Shown here piece by piece: positions 49,201-63,400 of a DNA stretch of 64,000 nt. Position numbers and translations under genes: made by a program. This DNA comes from Catajapyx aquilonaris. Taxonomy: Eukaryota. The stretch is taken from NCBI GenBank assembly GCA_000934665.2, contig KZ538094.1, forward strand, positions 1 to 64,000. The letters run 5' to 3'. Positions within the stretch are counted from its first letter, which is position 1; each line of letters opens with the position of its first letter. The notes below the pieces were generated by a model. The model did no database searches. It saw only the letters and a list, made by a program, of their open reading frames with translations, and had not been told where the DNA came from.

Positions 49201-50467
49201 GAAGAAAATAAAGACCATAATTATCATTCACACACAGAATGTCACATTTTAGCACATGCTAGAGAGGAAATGAAGATGTTTCATATATGAAATGGCATGC
49301 ACTGTAATGCAGAATAGATCACCAAATGGTGAGGCATAAATTAATTCCATAATTCAGAATCAGCATTAAATGCTCACTGGCCATTGACACTGACTAGTCA
49401 TAATTCAGTGCTAATAGCTAGTAGCAAGAGCTCTTGCTAGTTAGCATTATTTTACTGAATAGCATGAAAATGTACTGATGAAATGAGAAGGTTTTTTGAT
49501 ATATTACTACACATGAAAGGCTTCACACATGTAGCCCACTACTTAACATACACGATGGAAATGTTACATTCCCTAATACTGTATTATTAAATAATAATCA
49601 AACAAATAATAAAGAAGCTGTACTGCCTGTTGAAATTCAACATGATACTCACTTTGTGCCATTACTGCCATATGATGTCACCAGCAGGTCAACTTAGATT
49701 TGCACAAGTTTACTGTTCTCAAGACAGTATATAGGCTACCCTGTATTAATTCGTTATCCAGAATCCAAATTTTATTTGAAGGCTACATAATATGGCAATA
49801 AGTTTCAACTTTTGACTGCAGGTCTCTGTATGCAGTACTTACATAGCTTATATGTACTGGTATGCATGCATGCTTGAACAAACAAAAGACTTTCACCAAG
49901 CAATAGAGTAGTTAGCGTCAAAAGGCAAAAGGCAGTATCTGGACATTGCGGGTCCATGCAGATACTGCCTTTTGCCTTTGGACGCTACAGTAGAGAAATG
50001 GCTGACAGTATAGTTCAGAAATTCATATAACTTACTTCTTCAACACCTGGCAGTATGATATTTTAAGGGTTGTGCTACCAAAAGAGCAACTCTCGCTACC
50101 TGGTAGTGGTAGGTACATGAATGAAAATGGTAATCATAACACTGAATAAGAAAATGTTTAGCGTATTGGATGGTACCAATTTCAAAAAGGGAAATGACAA
50201 ATTCTCGCATTTAAATGAAGAAAAATAATTTCTAATGCAAAAAAAAGTGCAATAAAAAGAAATGTAAGCTGACCACAGCATAAAAAATCATATCGCGTCA
50301 TTGGTACAGCATCATTGTGGTGGTAGGAGCTACAATTTAGGCACTGAGAACCTTTCACTAGGCCTACTCGTAAGCGAAAAAATGCACCCAATGCTAATTT
50401 TGGCTTGTGGTAAGTCTTGCTGTTGAAATCTACATTATGTACTTGGGTTGCATATACAGTAGTACAT

Positions 50468-50526
50468 ATACCAAAAAAGGCTGATGGTTGACAAACTGTT
50501 TGTCAACCATCAGCCTTTTTTGGTAT
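50468..50526. repeat. Perfect 59-bp palindrome (29-bp arms, 1-nt centre)
   Basis: ATACCAAAAAAGGCTGATGGTTGACAAAC-T-GTTTGTCAACCATCAGCCTTTTTTGGTAT. Confidence 0.95.
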
Positions 50527-52261
50527 CACAAACAACTTAAGTGAAACTATCAGTGTGAATATAAGGTACAGCACCTCACACTATGCTGTTGTAGAATGCA
50601 TGATTGTGTAGAAGTTACTGATGCCAGAATATTCAAGCAAAGAAAAATCCATCAAATGGCAGTACCGGTAATGAAATGATGAGTGTCAAGTAGTATACAT
50701 GAGTAAAATGATACTGATGTATCATTTCTATCTCAATGCACCACAATGAGGCAACTGCCAGATATGAAACGACTTCTAGTTTCCAATCCAGCAAGCTGAC
50801 TGTCACTGTGTTTCAGGCCTTCTAATATTTTTTCCACTTTCAGTCAAGGGCCAAGAGATGGTATCAACCAAGAGCTATCAACCTGTATGAACTCATTCAG
50901 GGTGTCCTCTTGAGTAGCTTCAGAGCTTGTTCATCAATATTTCATTTTCTGTGTAAAACTCAGATATACATTATGCAATAGTTCCTACATCTCATAATAT
51001 CTCATTGTTAGAGATTCTCCTCAGGTTCCACATAACGTGATAGCACATAATGAGCTACTACAGATGAAATTATTATTAATGTACAGTACCGGTATTTTAA
51101 TTTTACTGGAATATTTCAGCTAAATGCATGTGGCATATGCTGTACGTACATATACTGCATGCATTGATACCTATAGCTAATGGGGCATCTAGTAATGGCA
51201 CTGCAGTGCTTGCAGGTACTGTACTTGATTGTCAATCCCATGCATTTCAGTACTAATATGACTGTACAGTACATGAAGGGCAGTACCATTAAAATAATGC
51301 AGTGTCAGTTTTGGGAAGTCTGAACAAATACACCTTTGGGTATAATACACCCAAAGGTGTAAGGTGTAAGAATGATTGACATATTATGTCATGCATTCTT
51401 AGCATTTTTTTCAGTCTTCATAACCAATATGGTGGGTGGCCATGATTGTTTGTGTTTCAGATTATCCTTTACCAATAAAATATTTATATTTTACATATCT
51501 GAAAATTTAGAATCTTCTTCAGAATGAATATAGCTTCTCCCAGGAAAGTGAAATATCTTTAATATAAAATATTATGAACATAAATCATTTAAAGAGCAAC
51601 TCTTTTCTTCTGTGCATATTAAAACAACAATTTAAAAGCATCATTGCATCAATTACACATACTGATGCATATGTAGACAAGTCTGACTCTCCCAGGGTGT
51701 GAAATCATTGTTTTCTAGTAGAATTACTGTAGAAGCCTTACATCAATACTCTGGTGATAGTAGTGTTACATCAGAGTATTACTGGTGATATAAAACAGCA
51801 ATTCAAACACCACACTAGTTGATTTAAAAGCGAGTGACTTGTAGGTTGCTCTTGTGTTAGATTTGTGCATGTGGCAGAGGTGGAAACAACAGATCTCTCA
51901 AATCAGGTGACACTAGTAAGAATATTGTTTGATGGCCTACAATGCCTATAATGCTGCCACCCTTGCTAATAGATGCTGGCCCTATATGTGCAATATACAT
52001 ATACCGTACCTCACACACAGTAGGCTACTTCTAAGTTGTAGGAAACAAGTTACAGTCTCCATAACATTCTTAATTATAATCAACTTATAGGTGCCCCTTC
52101 CATTCCTGTCACCTTCCCTACTGCTACAACTGAAGGATTTTCTCTCAAGATATCGCAGGCCAACTTATAGTGTCCCAACAGACATTTTCTGTACTGAACA
52201 GATGTTTCGGCGGTATGTGACTGAATACTACTTATACAATCGTCTGTCAGGATCAATCATA

Positions 52262-52472
52262 CAGGGTGTCTCAACTTTTTTGTCCGAACAGTTATCGGAA
52301 ACATTGCACTAAGCTGCTTATTTGTTAGCAGTGACTTGCAACCAGTGACGCTTCCGTGGCTTTATCAGTTGAGGGATGTGCCAGGAATGTTGGGGCATAT
52401 TCTGGCTACGTAGCTAGAAGCTACATAGGATTTTTCCTACAACTGTTCGGACAAAAAAGTTGAGACACCCTG
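52262..52472. mobile_element. Tc1/mariner-type MITE
   Basis: TA|CAGGGTGTCTCAACTTTTTTGTCCGAACAGTT...AACTGTTCGGACAAAAAAGTTGAGACACCCTG|TA. Confidence 0.9.
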
Positions 52473-54229
52473 TATAGGCCCATCATGGACAAACCGACGT
52501 ATCTAGGGCCCGTTATAGACAGGTATCAGGGCGTATTACCTTTAATTCCCATGAAGTAGATTGCATTAGTCTAGTTCCAGAAAATTTGGTGAGCTATAGA
52601 CTGGTAAGAGAAGATTTCACTGAAGTTAGGAAGCTGTGTCACCTGTTTGCAGTACTTGGTCATATGAGCTACTTACTGCTTTGCACCTAGAGCTGGAAGA
52701 GTATTTTCTCATAGTTATGGCCAGGTTTATAATAGGATAATATTACAGTCAGCTAGAGGAGTTTTTGAAAAGCACATGCTATAAGGGATAAATCAATATT
52801 TTAAATCAATATTATGATGAATGAGAGGAGGAGATATTACCTCCCTTTCTCACTGTTCTGCCTTTGGGACTCTGATTGTTCTGCATTTCAAGTCTTCAGG
52901 TATTAATCTTTCTGAAGAGTATGTGATTGTGTTATTCTCAGTGTTGTTTTACTCAACAAAAAATATAACACCAGGAAAAAGTTTCAAATCCAAAGTGTTG
53001 CAGAAATTTTGCACAGAACTGTAGTGTCCTTATTCAGTTTGTAATTTCCAACAGTCGTAATAACAAACTTGATTCAACGATCCGGAAATGTGCCGCAAAG
53101 CAATCTTCAGACGTTGTAATGATAGGGAACAAGAATGGTAGGCCTATACACAGAAAAAAGTACCGTACGCGTCGCATAATTTCTTTCCCGTGAATAAGCA
53201 AGGCGGCAGTAAGTCCATAAGTCTTGACACTTCCTTGTTCCTTCCATCACAACATTGGCTGTCACATTTTTGTCAGTAAATAAGCAGTACTGCACTCGTA
53301 CAGTTATGCGACGTAAGACGCATAAAAGTATCCTCAAGTAGTAGTGTACCGGATGTAGGTTAATAAATAAAGATAAAATGCAGCACCATGAGCGTAATGT
53401 GACATTGCGAAACAATTGCCCTATAATTCCAATGAATTAGAAAGTAATGTCGTGTCCTACACTCTCCTGTCCCAGCCACGATGAGGTCAGACCTCTGAAG
53501 GGTATCTCCAATTCATAAGAAATGGACACACGACTATTTCCTAATACCAGCTTTAATACTACTTTGAAATATTGGTCACATGAGCCGAGTGTGAGCTGGG
53601 GCTGGTCTGGGTGGGGGCAAAAGGTGTGTGCATGTGTGTGGGTGTGTAGAGGTCATCCAGCACCGGCTACCGTGCGCTCTTCAGAGACGGGAATGCGGTG
53701 GCGCAACTCGGGAGGCCAAACCACAATCTGCGGGCGGGGAGAGCACGTGCCCACCCGCAAACTCCCTCCCTCAGGTTTCAACCCACGACCCCAGGATGGA
53801 AGTAACGATCCTCATATGTTACGGGTGCTGGCCCTATCCCGCGCGTTATTCATCTTGGGTTAAGACCAATCAAGTGTCGCCTCCTCCGTGACGACCTGCG
53901 CGGACAGGTTGCAGGGAGGTTGCGCGACCTCCATTATAAACTAGTCGGGAGATGATGTCGAGAAGTCGCACAGGTTACTGACCCTCGCTATATAGCCAGA
54001 GCCTCCTACTGGACACAAAGGCATATGCAGCTCCTGGACGTCCAGGTGCGATATGTACTAAAACCTAGGGAGGTTGTACTTGTACACCTTAAACGCTCCG
54101 TGAAATTTTTTTGCTATGTCACTAACAACCTATGCATGGATTCGTTTAATATTCAAAAGCTAAACACTGCCTATGAGTCGAAGTAAGGTTAATTATTATG
54201 TGTATAAGTATGACATTGTTCAATTTCAA

Positions 54230-54429
54230 ACGGGGGGTGTGTATTAGCAAGTGTTTCTGAATTCCGTCCTTACTAATTTCTAAATTAGTAATTTCGAGAT
54301 AATAACCGTAAGAGGCCAAGAAAATTACAGCAAATTTATAAGATGAAATCCACCACCTGACCCTGGCTTCGAACTCACGACCTTAGAAGATTAGTGGTGT
54401 AAACCACTGTACCGCCGCGCCGTGCCGCC
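54230..54429 (-). mobile_element. Degenerate tRNA-derived SINE
   Basis: Minus-strand head GGCGGCACGGCGCGGCGGTAC...GGTCGTGAGTTCGAAGCC; 3' boundary uncertain. Confidence 0.5.
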
Positions 54430-57400
54430 AAAAGAAAAGACACAAAGTGACACGGGATTTTTTAGGCAGTTACCACAATGTACTGTAAATATAGGTAATG
54501 TATTCATGGTATTAGCTGTTTCTGTTTCGAAAGTCTTTCCAAACATGTTCCAGAAAAAAAACCACACGACACAAGTGAAATTGATACACGTGTAAGCTAC
54601 TCCTAAGGCCCACCCATGCCCGCAGTCACAATTTCCTTCAAGTCCCCCTAAAATCATAACAATAAAAAAAGAGGCACCCAAGGCCGCTCCAGTTTGTCTT
54701 CATTTTAAAATCTCTTCCTAACCCCCCTACTTCCCCCAGATTAAAATCTGTAACCTCATGTGAAGGTGGTTATCTCAAGGAAGACGACCTACATTCGAAT
54801 CGATGCGGTAAATGAGTCCGCAGAAAAAAAGGGGAAGGGGAATGATGATAAAGGGTAATGGAGAAAGGGTTCGGGGTTTTTGGGTAGTTCCTCTCACTCT
54901 CTCGAGATGAGACGTGATGATAAAATCCTGATAAAGACAAGGTGTACGAGGCGTCGATGATGTAGCCCTTCAAAAGACGTTGGTGAAACAGTGCAAAATT
55001 TGCATGAGCTCACGTCTTTTCAAGGATTACGTTACACGCGGCCCTCGTTTTGGGTACGGGCTAATAATTACCCTTATACTTCCTCAATTTGGGAGGGAAA
55101 GATGGATGAAATAATATATAAGAGCAGGAGGTGTAACACGAAATATTATTCACGGAATTAATTTATCAGCTAATTGATATACTTCCCACCTGAGCTCGTA
55201 TAAGGTTAGATTAAATGTTGATATATAGGCCTACCTTTTGTTGAGTTCATGAGGCAAGCGGCGTAGTCCTTTTGCGGTGAGATATAATTACAATGATTTG
55301 GACCAAAATTTCGCAAGAGGGTTTTGTAAAGTGTGTGTGTGTGCGTAAATTAATTAAAAACCGGCAGATGAATGGGAAATTGTGAGCTAATTGTAATATC
55401 TGCCTTATTTTTCAGGAATGTGGCCAATACGCACCTGCTGAAAAATCAGTGTTATTAATTTTTTTTGTATAACTATTTTGATTTTCATTCAGTATTAGTG
55501 ACATCTGGCCTATCTTAGCAAATATGTGCAAACTCGTAATTAGTCATTTCGGACACTTCCGAGTAAGTTATTTTGTGCTCGCTCTGACTCTGAAACCGCA
55601 GGCAATAGAAAAAGAGCGACACAAGTAACTCAATTTTTATGTTCAAGAATAACTTCAATCAGCAATATCGAACATTTCACATTGTCTTCTATCTGGCATT
55701 CAAGTCCCACACTATTGATGTACCCCGCGCTGTCATTCTTTACAAAAATGGTCCCCCATTCCCCTGCTGTTAAATATGATAACCAACAACGCATACAAAT
55801 TTGTACAACCTCCCATTCAATTGGCTTCTGCTATTTTTCGACATGACACCACTAAAATAAAATAAAAAATAAAAAAATAAAAAATAAAATAAGTTTTTCT
55901 CTTCCAACCTGTAGCAAAAATACATCCTCATTGCATCAATCTTGTCTCTCCCGTCCTATTACCACATCTGTACAAATCACCTGCATTTTGCGTGTGTTGG
56001 CTCCTAGCTAATTATCCGGAAGTCCATCCTTGTCCCCCTCCTTTGGGTCGATGGTCATGACGCGCCAGGTTGGAATTCAGACAAAAAGGACCAGACAGAT
56101 GTATGGAACAAACCCCTATGGAAACACAAAAAAATGAAGAAGAAAGTGCACCATCCCTCCAGCTTCATTCTTATTCCTGCTTCCCCTTCACCTGTCTGGT
56201 ATCGCCATTTGTCCCACGCAGCGGGGTTCCCATCTCGTTGCATCATGGCGCCGTCTGTCACAAGGCGGCAATCGCTCGAAATTGATTGAGCTGGCCGATT
56301 AGATGCTGCTGGAAGCGGTGACCGCCACTTGACGGGGAGAGGGTCTATGGGGAGGGGTGCCCCAGGCGAATTCCATCTGGGACCATTTGTCACCATCGCA
56401 CCTTCACTTCCAATAGCGATTGGTAATTATTGCCCTGGCTCTTGCAGGCTGATTAGACCAGGGGCTGAGTAATAAATGATTGCCCCGGATAATTACTGCT
56501 GTTGGCCATATAGCTGTGTACTGTGTGGCAAAAAAAAAAAAATCAGACAAACAATATTCTGGGGGTATGCAACCCTCAGCATTCTAAAAATTGACGGTTC
56601 TGTTGTTTTTTAAATATACATTTTCACTTTCGTACACACCTGGTATGTCCCAGATTCTAGCTCATTCCAGCTTATAGACAGATTAGAAACATCGTCATTA
56701 ATGAATTTATTATACCAATGTTTGATAGTTGAAAGGAAGATCTAGTAACAAGCCTAGAGCAACTGTTGTTGTTATTTATTTTGTTTGCTTTATATTCAGA
56801 CACATCTTATCTCCAATGCTCTGGGTTTAGCCATTGAAAAAAATCGTGGTGTCTTGCTGAGAAGTGGTAAATGAGGACAGCAAGATGCGTATCATGCAGC
56901 TTCTCGTTGACCGCTACACATGGCGGCAGCAACAAATGTCCAGGGAGTGCCTTTTTAGTCGGTTCATGTGCGTCGTAAAACCTCTGTAAGCCATTGGCTG
57001 TGCAGTCGCATTCTTCCAGTCAACATCTATTGATCTGTGAACAGGATTTGTCTAATTTCAGGCCGCATCTCAGCTTTGCTTAACTCCGTCACATCTGCTG
57101 GAATTTGTTGCACATACGTCCATGTAGAGCGATGTAGAGGTTAATTGGACAACTCGTTATGGGCATCTGGTATCGATTGTTATTTTTTGCACGCGACTCG
57201 ATATTTAAGATTCATTTAGTGCATTTTACGCAGGGTACAGTACCAGATGAATCCCTGATTTTTGTTAAAATTGCTCCCACTTTATAGACCAGTACGAACA
57301 GAATGATAATGGATTTCTTGCTACAAAAAACTGGAAAAAGTGCGCGATATTTTGTGCTCATGTGTAATGTAAGTGGAATATATTATCACTATAGGTTATT

Positions 57401-60400
57401 AGTTATGCCAAAATTAGGTTTGCATTTACATTTTCACATCTCGATGATGATTAGTACTAATTTTATGAAAATAATGGATGAGTGAATCGATTTTTACGAT
57501 GCTAAAATATAGAGATCAGCGCAATAAAGTGTTATTTTAGCAGAATTTGTTTCGCTCTGCAAAAAGGCACTTAATTTGCAGGAAGAATATATTATACTGT
57601 AAATTTTGAAACACAGTAACGTATACGATATAATCCACAGTTTATTGTCAGAATGGCAAAAGCCCCGCCAGGAAAAAATAAAATAAAAGATCCGAGTGAT
57701 GACGCGTGGTTGAGACTGCAAGTGAAGTGACAAGCCTTCTGACAGAGGAATGTGTCTCCTCCCAACCGCCTCTGCATTATATGATGCTAATTCTATGCAA
57801 AGAATTAGTACCGCATCACGCTGAACGCACCTGTGAATTTGTGATCTTAGTCGTTATCTTCATGTGCGATTTTCGTCAACGTCAACAGCAGAATGTGAGT
57901 GTGCACCATGCTTGGAATTTGCATGAACAATGTGACACATAATGATCTCAGGAATGTATTACTGGTATCATGAGGCATGTGGGCAAAGCAATAACGAACT
58001 GAAAACATAAATACAGAACAATCATAGTCGCGTTATAGTCGAAGCATTGCGCTATTTCATATGTACAGTACCGTACTTTCAGTGGCGGTTACAGCAATTA
58101 CTGTCCCCTGTAAGGACATGTTACAAAGCGAATGAGCAATCAATAATAAAATTTTCAAAATTCAAATTCTCATACCGTAAAATATTCTAATTTGCATTGC
58201 AAGTAGTTAATTTAATATTTCAAAATACATCGGTCTACTCGTTTAGCTTAACTTTCCATCCGTATAATAAAAGAAAGTCTGCTGGTTGCAAGCTGGTGCA
58301 GAATCATGCTCCTCAATTGCTGAGCAAATACAGCGATGGTAATCATCGTTTTGTCAACATCCTGCGGTACATTATGCGCGGTAGCTCCTGTCGTGTATAA
58401 TTCACGGTAAGTTCCAGCTGAGAGTGTTATTAAAGCGAGACTGGCTTTGGAAGAAGCGACAGGCCCGAGCTGACACGTGAGGAGTCATACCGAGGGTGCC
58501 TAAAAAATGACTAAATTCAAAGGCCGGATCAGACAAAAGTTCGATGGACTTTGAGAGGAGGCAGTAATGTGCAGAGCCCCGCGGCAGATTAGCTGCGCCT
58601 GACTAAGAGGAATTGTGATTGATGACCTATCGGGATCCCGCCTCTCCAGCCCCGTATCCCCCACCTACCCGACTCCATGACTGCCTCCTGGGCCTTCCAA
58701 ATAGACAGGCGGACAGCTAGGCCTAGCTGCGATGATGGACCACCGGAACTAGAATAATGCGCACTACTTGGAAAACATCCAATGTCGAGTCACGAGTCGC
58801 GGAACCCTTCATATAACACACCAGTTTTTATATATCTGATTAATACAATATTGCAACGTGTGACAGGTTGTTTCATGACACTCTAAAATGCGCAAAATCA
58901 TTCCTCGAGTTCTTATGAGAGTCAGCATCAGCGTGCCATACTTTGTTCAGCATAGTGCTATATATGCCATTTGGAATGTTCCATGGCACGAGGAGAAAGC
59001 CTGACCTCGAGATTCGCCACGCATAAATCTAAGTTCAAGTAGAGCAGGCTGTGGATGATTTTTTTTCTTCTTCTTCTATCCCTTCTCTCTTGCAGTGATA
59101 ACTGTGAGCAATATACCCCTGGCATTTATAAACTGGAAAGACATGATTTGCGATTGTGGCGAGTATCCTTCCTAAATACAACGCGTTGTTCGTTTTCTTG
59201 GAAAGCACATAGATCAGTGCACTCCGAGTCCCCCACATTTTCCAAAACGGCCAAAAATTGACGCCCTAAATTATGAGCCATTGTTGCAGCCAGCGTGAAT
59301 AATGCCACGTCACGAACACAAAGCCCATTTGCGAAGCACAATGCTCATTACTATATTTAGGCGGCAGATGAAATTTCGGCTGTCAACCCTGCCCCATGTT
59401 ATGATTGCGGTTATTGTTATAGCGCTTGTTTCTCTTCAAGCAGCCCTCCAGAAAACATGGAGTCGCAGACACTTCATTTGCATACCTCTTCTGCTGAGGC
59501 CCCCCCTTCATGCTGGCTGCATTAGGATTTTGTTACGGGGCAGGGCCTGAAAGCACTTCAACTTCTCGCCCTAATGACGGGTACAAATTCAAAGCTCCGC
59601 CCTTGGTTGAAGCTGTCTGGCTTTAGCAGAGTCCCAACATGCATATAATCCAGCTATATGATCAGGACAAGACAGGTTATAAGCTGGGCGGTTCTAATTG
59701 CCCTTCGTTTTGGCTCCCCGCGTGGGTTTGCTATCAATTCGTAATTATGCTTTATAGTAAGATTCTCCTGGCTATAGACAAAAGTCTAATGTCCACTTGG
59801 TAAGGAGTGGGCGCTGAGTAAGCAGTGCAGGCTGCTTGAGGCCATTAGAACAGGTTGGCCCCTTTCAGCCTTGTCCGAGGCGCCCAAGTGTGACCGCCTG
59901 TCGGAAGGAGGTCAACTGTCCCTCCTGGGCCACCTTCAATACTTGCACAACCTTACCCCCACCCTCAGAAGAACAAAACGAAATAAAATGCTGGTGGGGG
60001 TTGCGAAACCGAGTAACTGTGCGTGTTGGATGCGTCAAGAAACAAGATGGAGTCTGGTCGATCAGGTTGAACAATGTGGATGGAGTTTTCAGGTCTTGTT
60101 CCACGAACCTGTGCCTTATGCACCCCTCCTCATCTCCCCTTCTGCCCCCCTCACCCTCATCCGAACTGGCGGCCAAATGAGAGGTTATCTGCCTCAACAA
60201 CCCCTGCACACCTCCCCCGAAGGAAGGAAAAGGTAATCCAGCGATGAACTTTCGTCTCTAGAAGGCAGCCCTTTCCTTTTTCTACTTTTTTTGTGTATTC
60301 CTCCCCACCCCCTCCTTACAAAATCCCCCTCATCTCCCTTCCTCCTTAAGTTGTGATCCCCCGGAGCAGATCGGGGAAATATGCGCTGGGCGTTGCTTCA

Positions 60401-63400
60401 TTCGAGGTCTCATCATGGTATGTTTCTCTGGTCTGCTCCTGAGGCAGTTGCATTTTTGATACCCGGCCTGCAATTAGGGGCCACTTACAAAAATGTTCCC
60501 GGATCTCCGTTGTCTTTATTTCGGGAATTATTCCCGGACTTGCGCATTTAATTTTATGCAAAAATATGTCTGATCAGTGGCGAAAGATACTTTGTGGTTA
60601 GATTTTTTTGTTGTTGTTGTTTTGCATCCGGAAAGAAGTGTGGATAGCAACAGAAAAACTGGTACAGCTCATTTAGTCTGGAACGCTTTGCTCGTGTGTG
60701 TTCAGATTACAAGGAAAATGATACGATTCTTCCGACGTCTTTCCAGCTCATATTGCATGTCTCGTTGACCCAGTCATCACAAATGAGGTTACGAGACGAC
60801 TTGTACATAAATTCTAGACAGATTTTTCAGTGATAACACAGTGACACATAGCTCTGATGCAGACGCTAACACATCATTCTATAGGTCATTATAATGTTAG
60901 ATAAAAGACACGCGCGTTATAAAACTACTGTGTGTCTCTTAAGCATCCTAAATCATAAACATATTATACTGATGTGTAGATGTAAGTTACTGAGGCATTA
61001 TTCAGAACTCGCATCACTTCATTTTGTATCAGATGTATCATTTTGCTCCAGTACTCAACATTTATGTTCACATTGCATGCTAACAACTTTTTAACGTCAT
61101 TTTTTTTCAGCAATTCAATAATATTCATCCCCATCGCGAGAACCCAATGGTGCACCCAAAGTGCGAGTCTGAATTTCACGCACTAACGCTTAGATCCGTA
61201 TAATTTAAATTTATGTATGCAGTATAGCTCAAATGGCTTTGTCCTAAATTCCTTCGTTCTTTCTCAAGAAGGCCAAGAGTCCTCCTCCCCTCCCTTTACG
61301 AGGTAATTAAGAGTTGTTTAAGATCTTTTTTTCTCTCTCTCTTCTCTCTTTCCATTTGTTGACGTGGGCGCTTCTCAACCCCGCAGGACTCAACCCAGCC
61401 CGAAGCCAGTATTGATGACTGCAATAACAATAAATAATGCACACAAATAAATAGTTCTCCTCCACTAACACCCTGAAGGTCCATATGTTCTTACGTGCAA
61501 CCACCACTAATTTCCATGTCCTCCTCCCCAAAAAGTCGACCTCGCCTAATGTCCAAAAAACGTAACCTTGCAACTGTATCGGTAGCGCCTGATCAGATTG
61601 GCCTCCCACCTTGTGTTAGCCTCCTGATACATACACGAAGAAATCAGTGCCAATTGGGCAGGTGTGTTGGGTGATCCTTACGTAGATAGGACCCCCGAGC
61701 CCGTGTCCCTGTCATGAAAGAGGCCATTGGATTCTCCTCCGCCTACTACCAAATAGATCCATTCCCCTGGAGAACGTCTGATTGCAGGGCACCGGACATG
61801 ACGGAACCCCACACGGCAGACATGCAAGGCCGGAAGGAGGCTTCCCAGGACAATTAACCGCCCTACAAAAATGCCCGCACTAGTAGCTGCCACTCACAGG
61901 CTACACAAATTAGCAGTGGGGCTGGAATTCATAATTGACATGTACATGGGGACAATGCCATGTACAACTTCTTTAAAAAATGGTAGAAATATTGAGAAGA
62001 GTTAGATTTTCATCTTTCCTTTAAGGGTAATTTGAAATGGGCATTGCATCTGCGGGTTGGAACTATCAGTTATCTCAGTTATCTGGCCAAAATAATATTG
62101 GTGTCCTGCACGCACCATGTACAGGTGGGATCAAGAGGGGTTGGAATGCCCGCTCTGCTGGAGGAGGTGTGTAGTGGAGAGATATGATAACACATCATTG
62201 GTTACAACGCATTGAACGCAAGTATTGTATGCGTCATAGATTTATTGGGATTCAAGGAACTCGCATCTTCAAAAAACATTGGATCATTAAAGCGTACACA
62301 ATCGTCGTATATATACAGTACCGATATTATTTTGTATGCAGAATAATGCCTCAGCTATACCGTATAAGTCATATGAGTGATCACAACAACGACATTCCAA
62401 ATGGGGTGAAATTGAACACGCAAGTTAAATCATTCACAAGATAGTCTGAAACAGCTTTATAAATATCTATAAAAGTGATCAAATTGCCACTCTATAGTAT
62501 AATTGCAATCAACTTATCAAAGCCCCCATACAGCCAGATGTCATACTTCCATTTTTATATTGTTTAGCAATATACTAAAGTATAGGGCCAAAATTATCTT
62601 GGATCCGAATCAGTAGAAAAAGCATTGTTTTTTCCTCTCCATCCAGTCGGAATTTTTATTCCAATAATAAATGAATTGCCACCTAGGGCGTGACAAAAAT
62701 TATGAATGGCTGGAAAATTGTTTTCGCCCCTTTTATGGTCACTTGAAGCCTAAGGTAGTATTATGCCTGATTTCCAGCAAGGCTGATGCCACATTGCCAC
62801 TCTGTGCAAAAACTGTTGAAGTTTTCATCCAAAATTGCAATTTGTGACATTTAGTTCAATATTGTACTCCATAAGTCACTGAAGTCTGCGAAGTTCACAG
62901 CTGACCTGTGTTATCTTGTGCACATTCAGTATACGTAAATGAATCACATCAGCTCACTTGTCAGATGTACAGGGCTTGAATGCATATGTTATTTTGAACC
63001 ATGGCCTCGCACTTTGGTCGACTGTTAGATAATCACCTCGGACACTGGACCTAGTAGAGGAATTAATTTTTAGATGTCCCTTCCTTATCACCCCTGTCAA
63101 AGTGAGGTATTCTTTGCACGTATGGAGGTACTCTCTGTTTTTAAAAAAAAGTTATGGCGTGATACATCCATCAGCACTAGCCCAAGCTGAAGTCTGTGGT
63201 TTAAAAACACAAGAGTTCTGGTGGTTTTATAGCGGCGGGGTACATCTGGCAGTAACATTTTCTGACAGATAGTGCAGTATACACATAACAGACATTTTGA
63301 AGGCACTATATCATGCAATTTTCTTTCACTTCAATTTTGATCCAAATGACCAGCTATAAGCCAGTGAAAAACGCTGCGTAAGGCTCTTATTAACCACTAA

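Noticed and set aside
59126..59341. ORF containing LAATMAHNLG, reminiscent of the ADAM metalloprotease zinc-binding region
   Set aside because: It lacks HExxHxxGxxH, has no flanking similarity and no convincing splice sites; probably coincidence.
59836..60236. Three overlapping 114-121 aa ORFs
   Set aside because: Non-ATG starts, no motifs and no supported splice structure.
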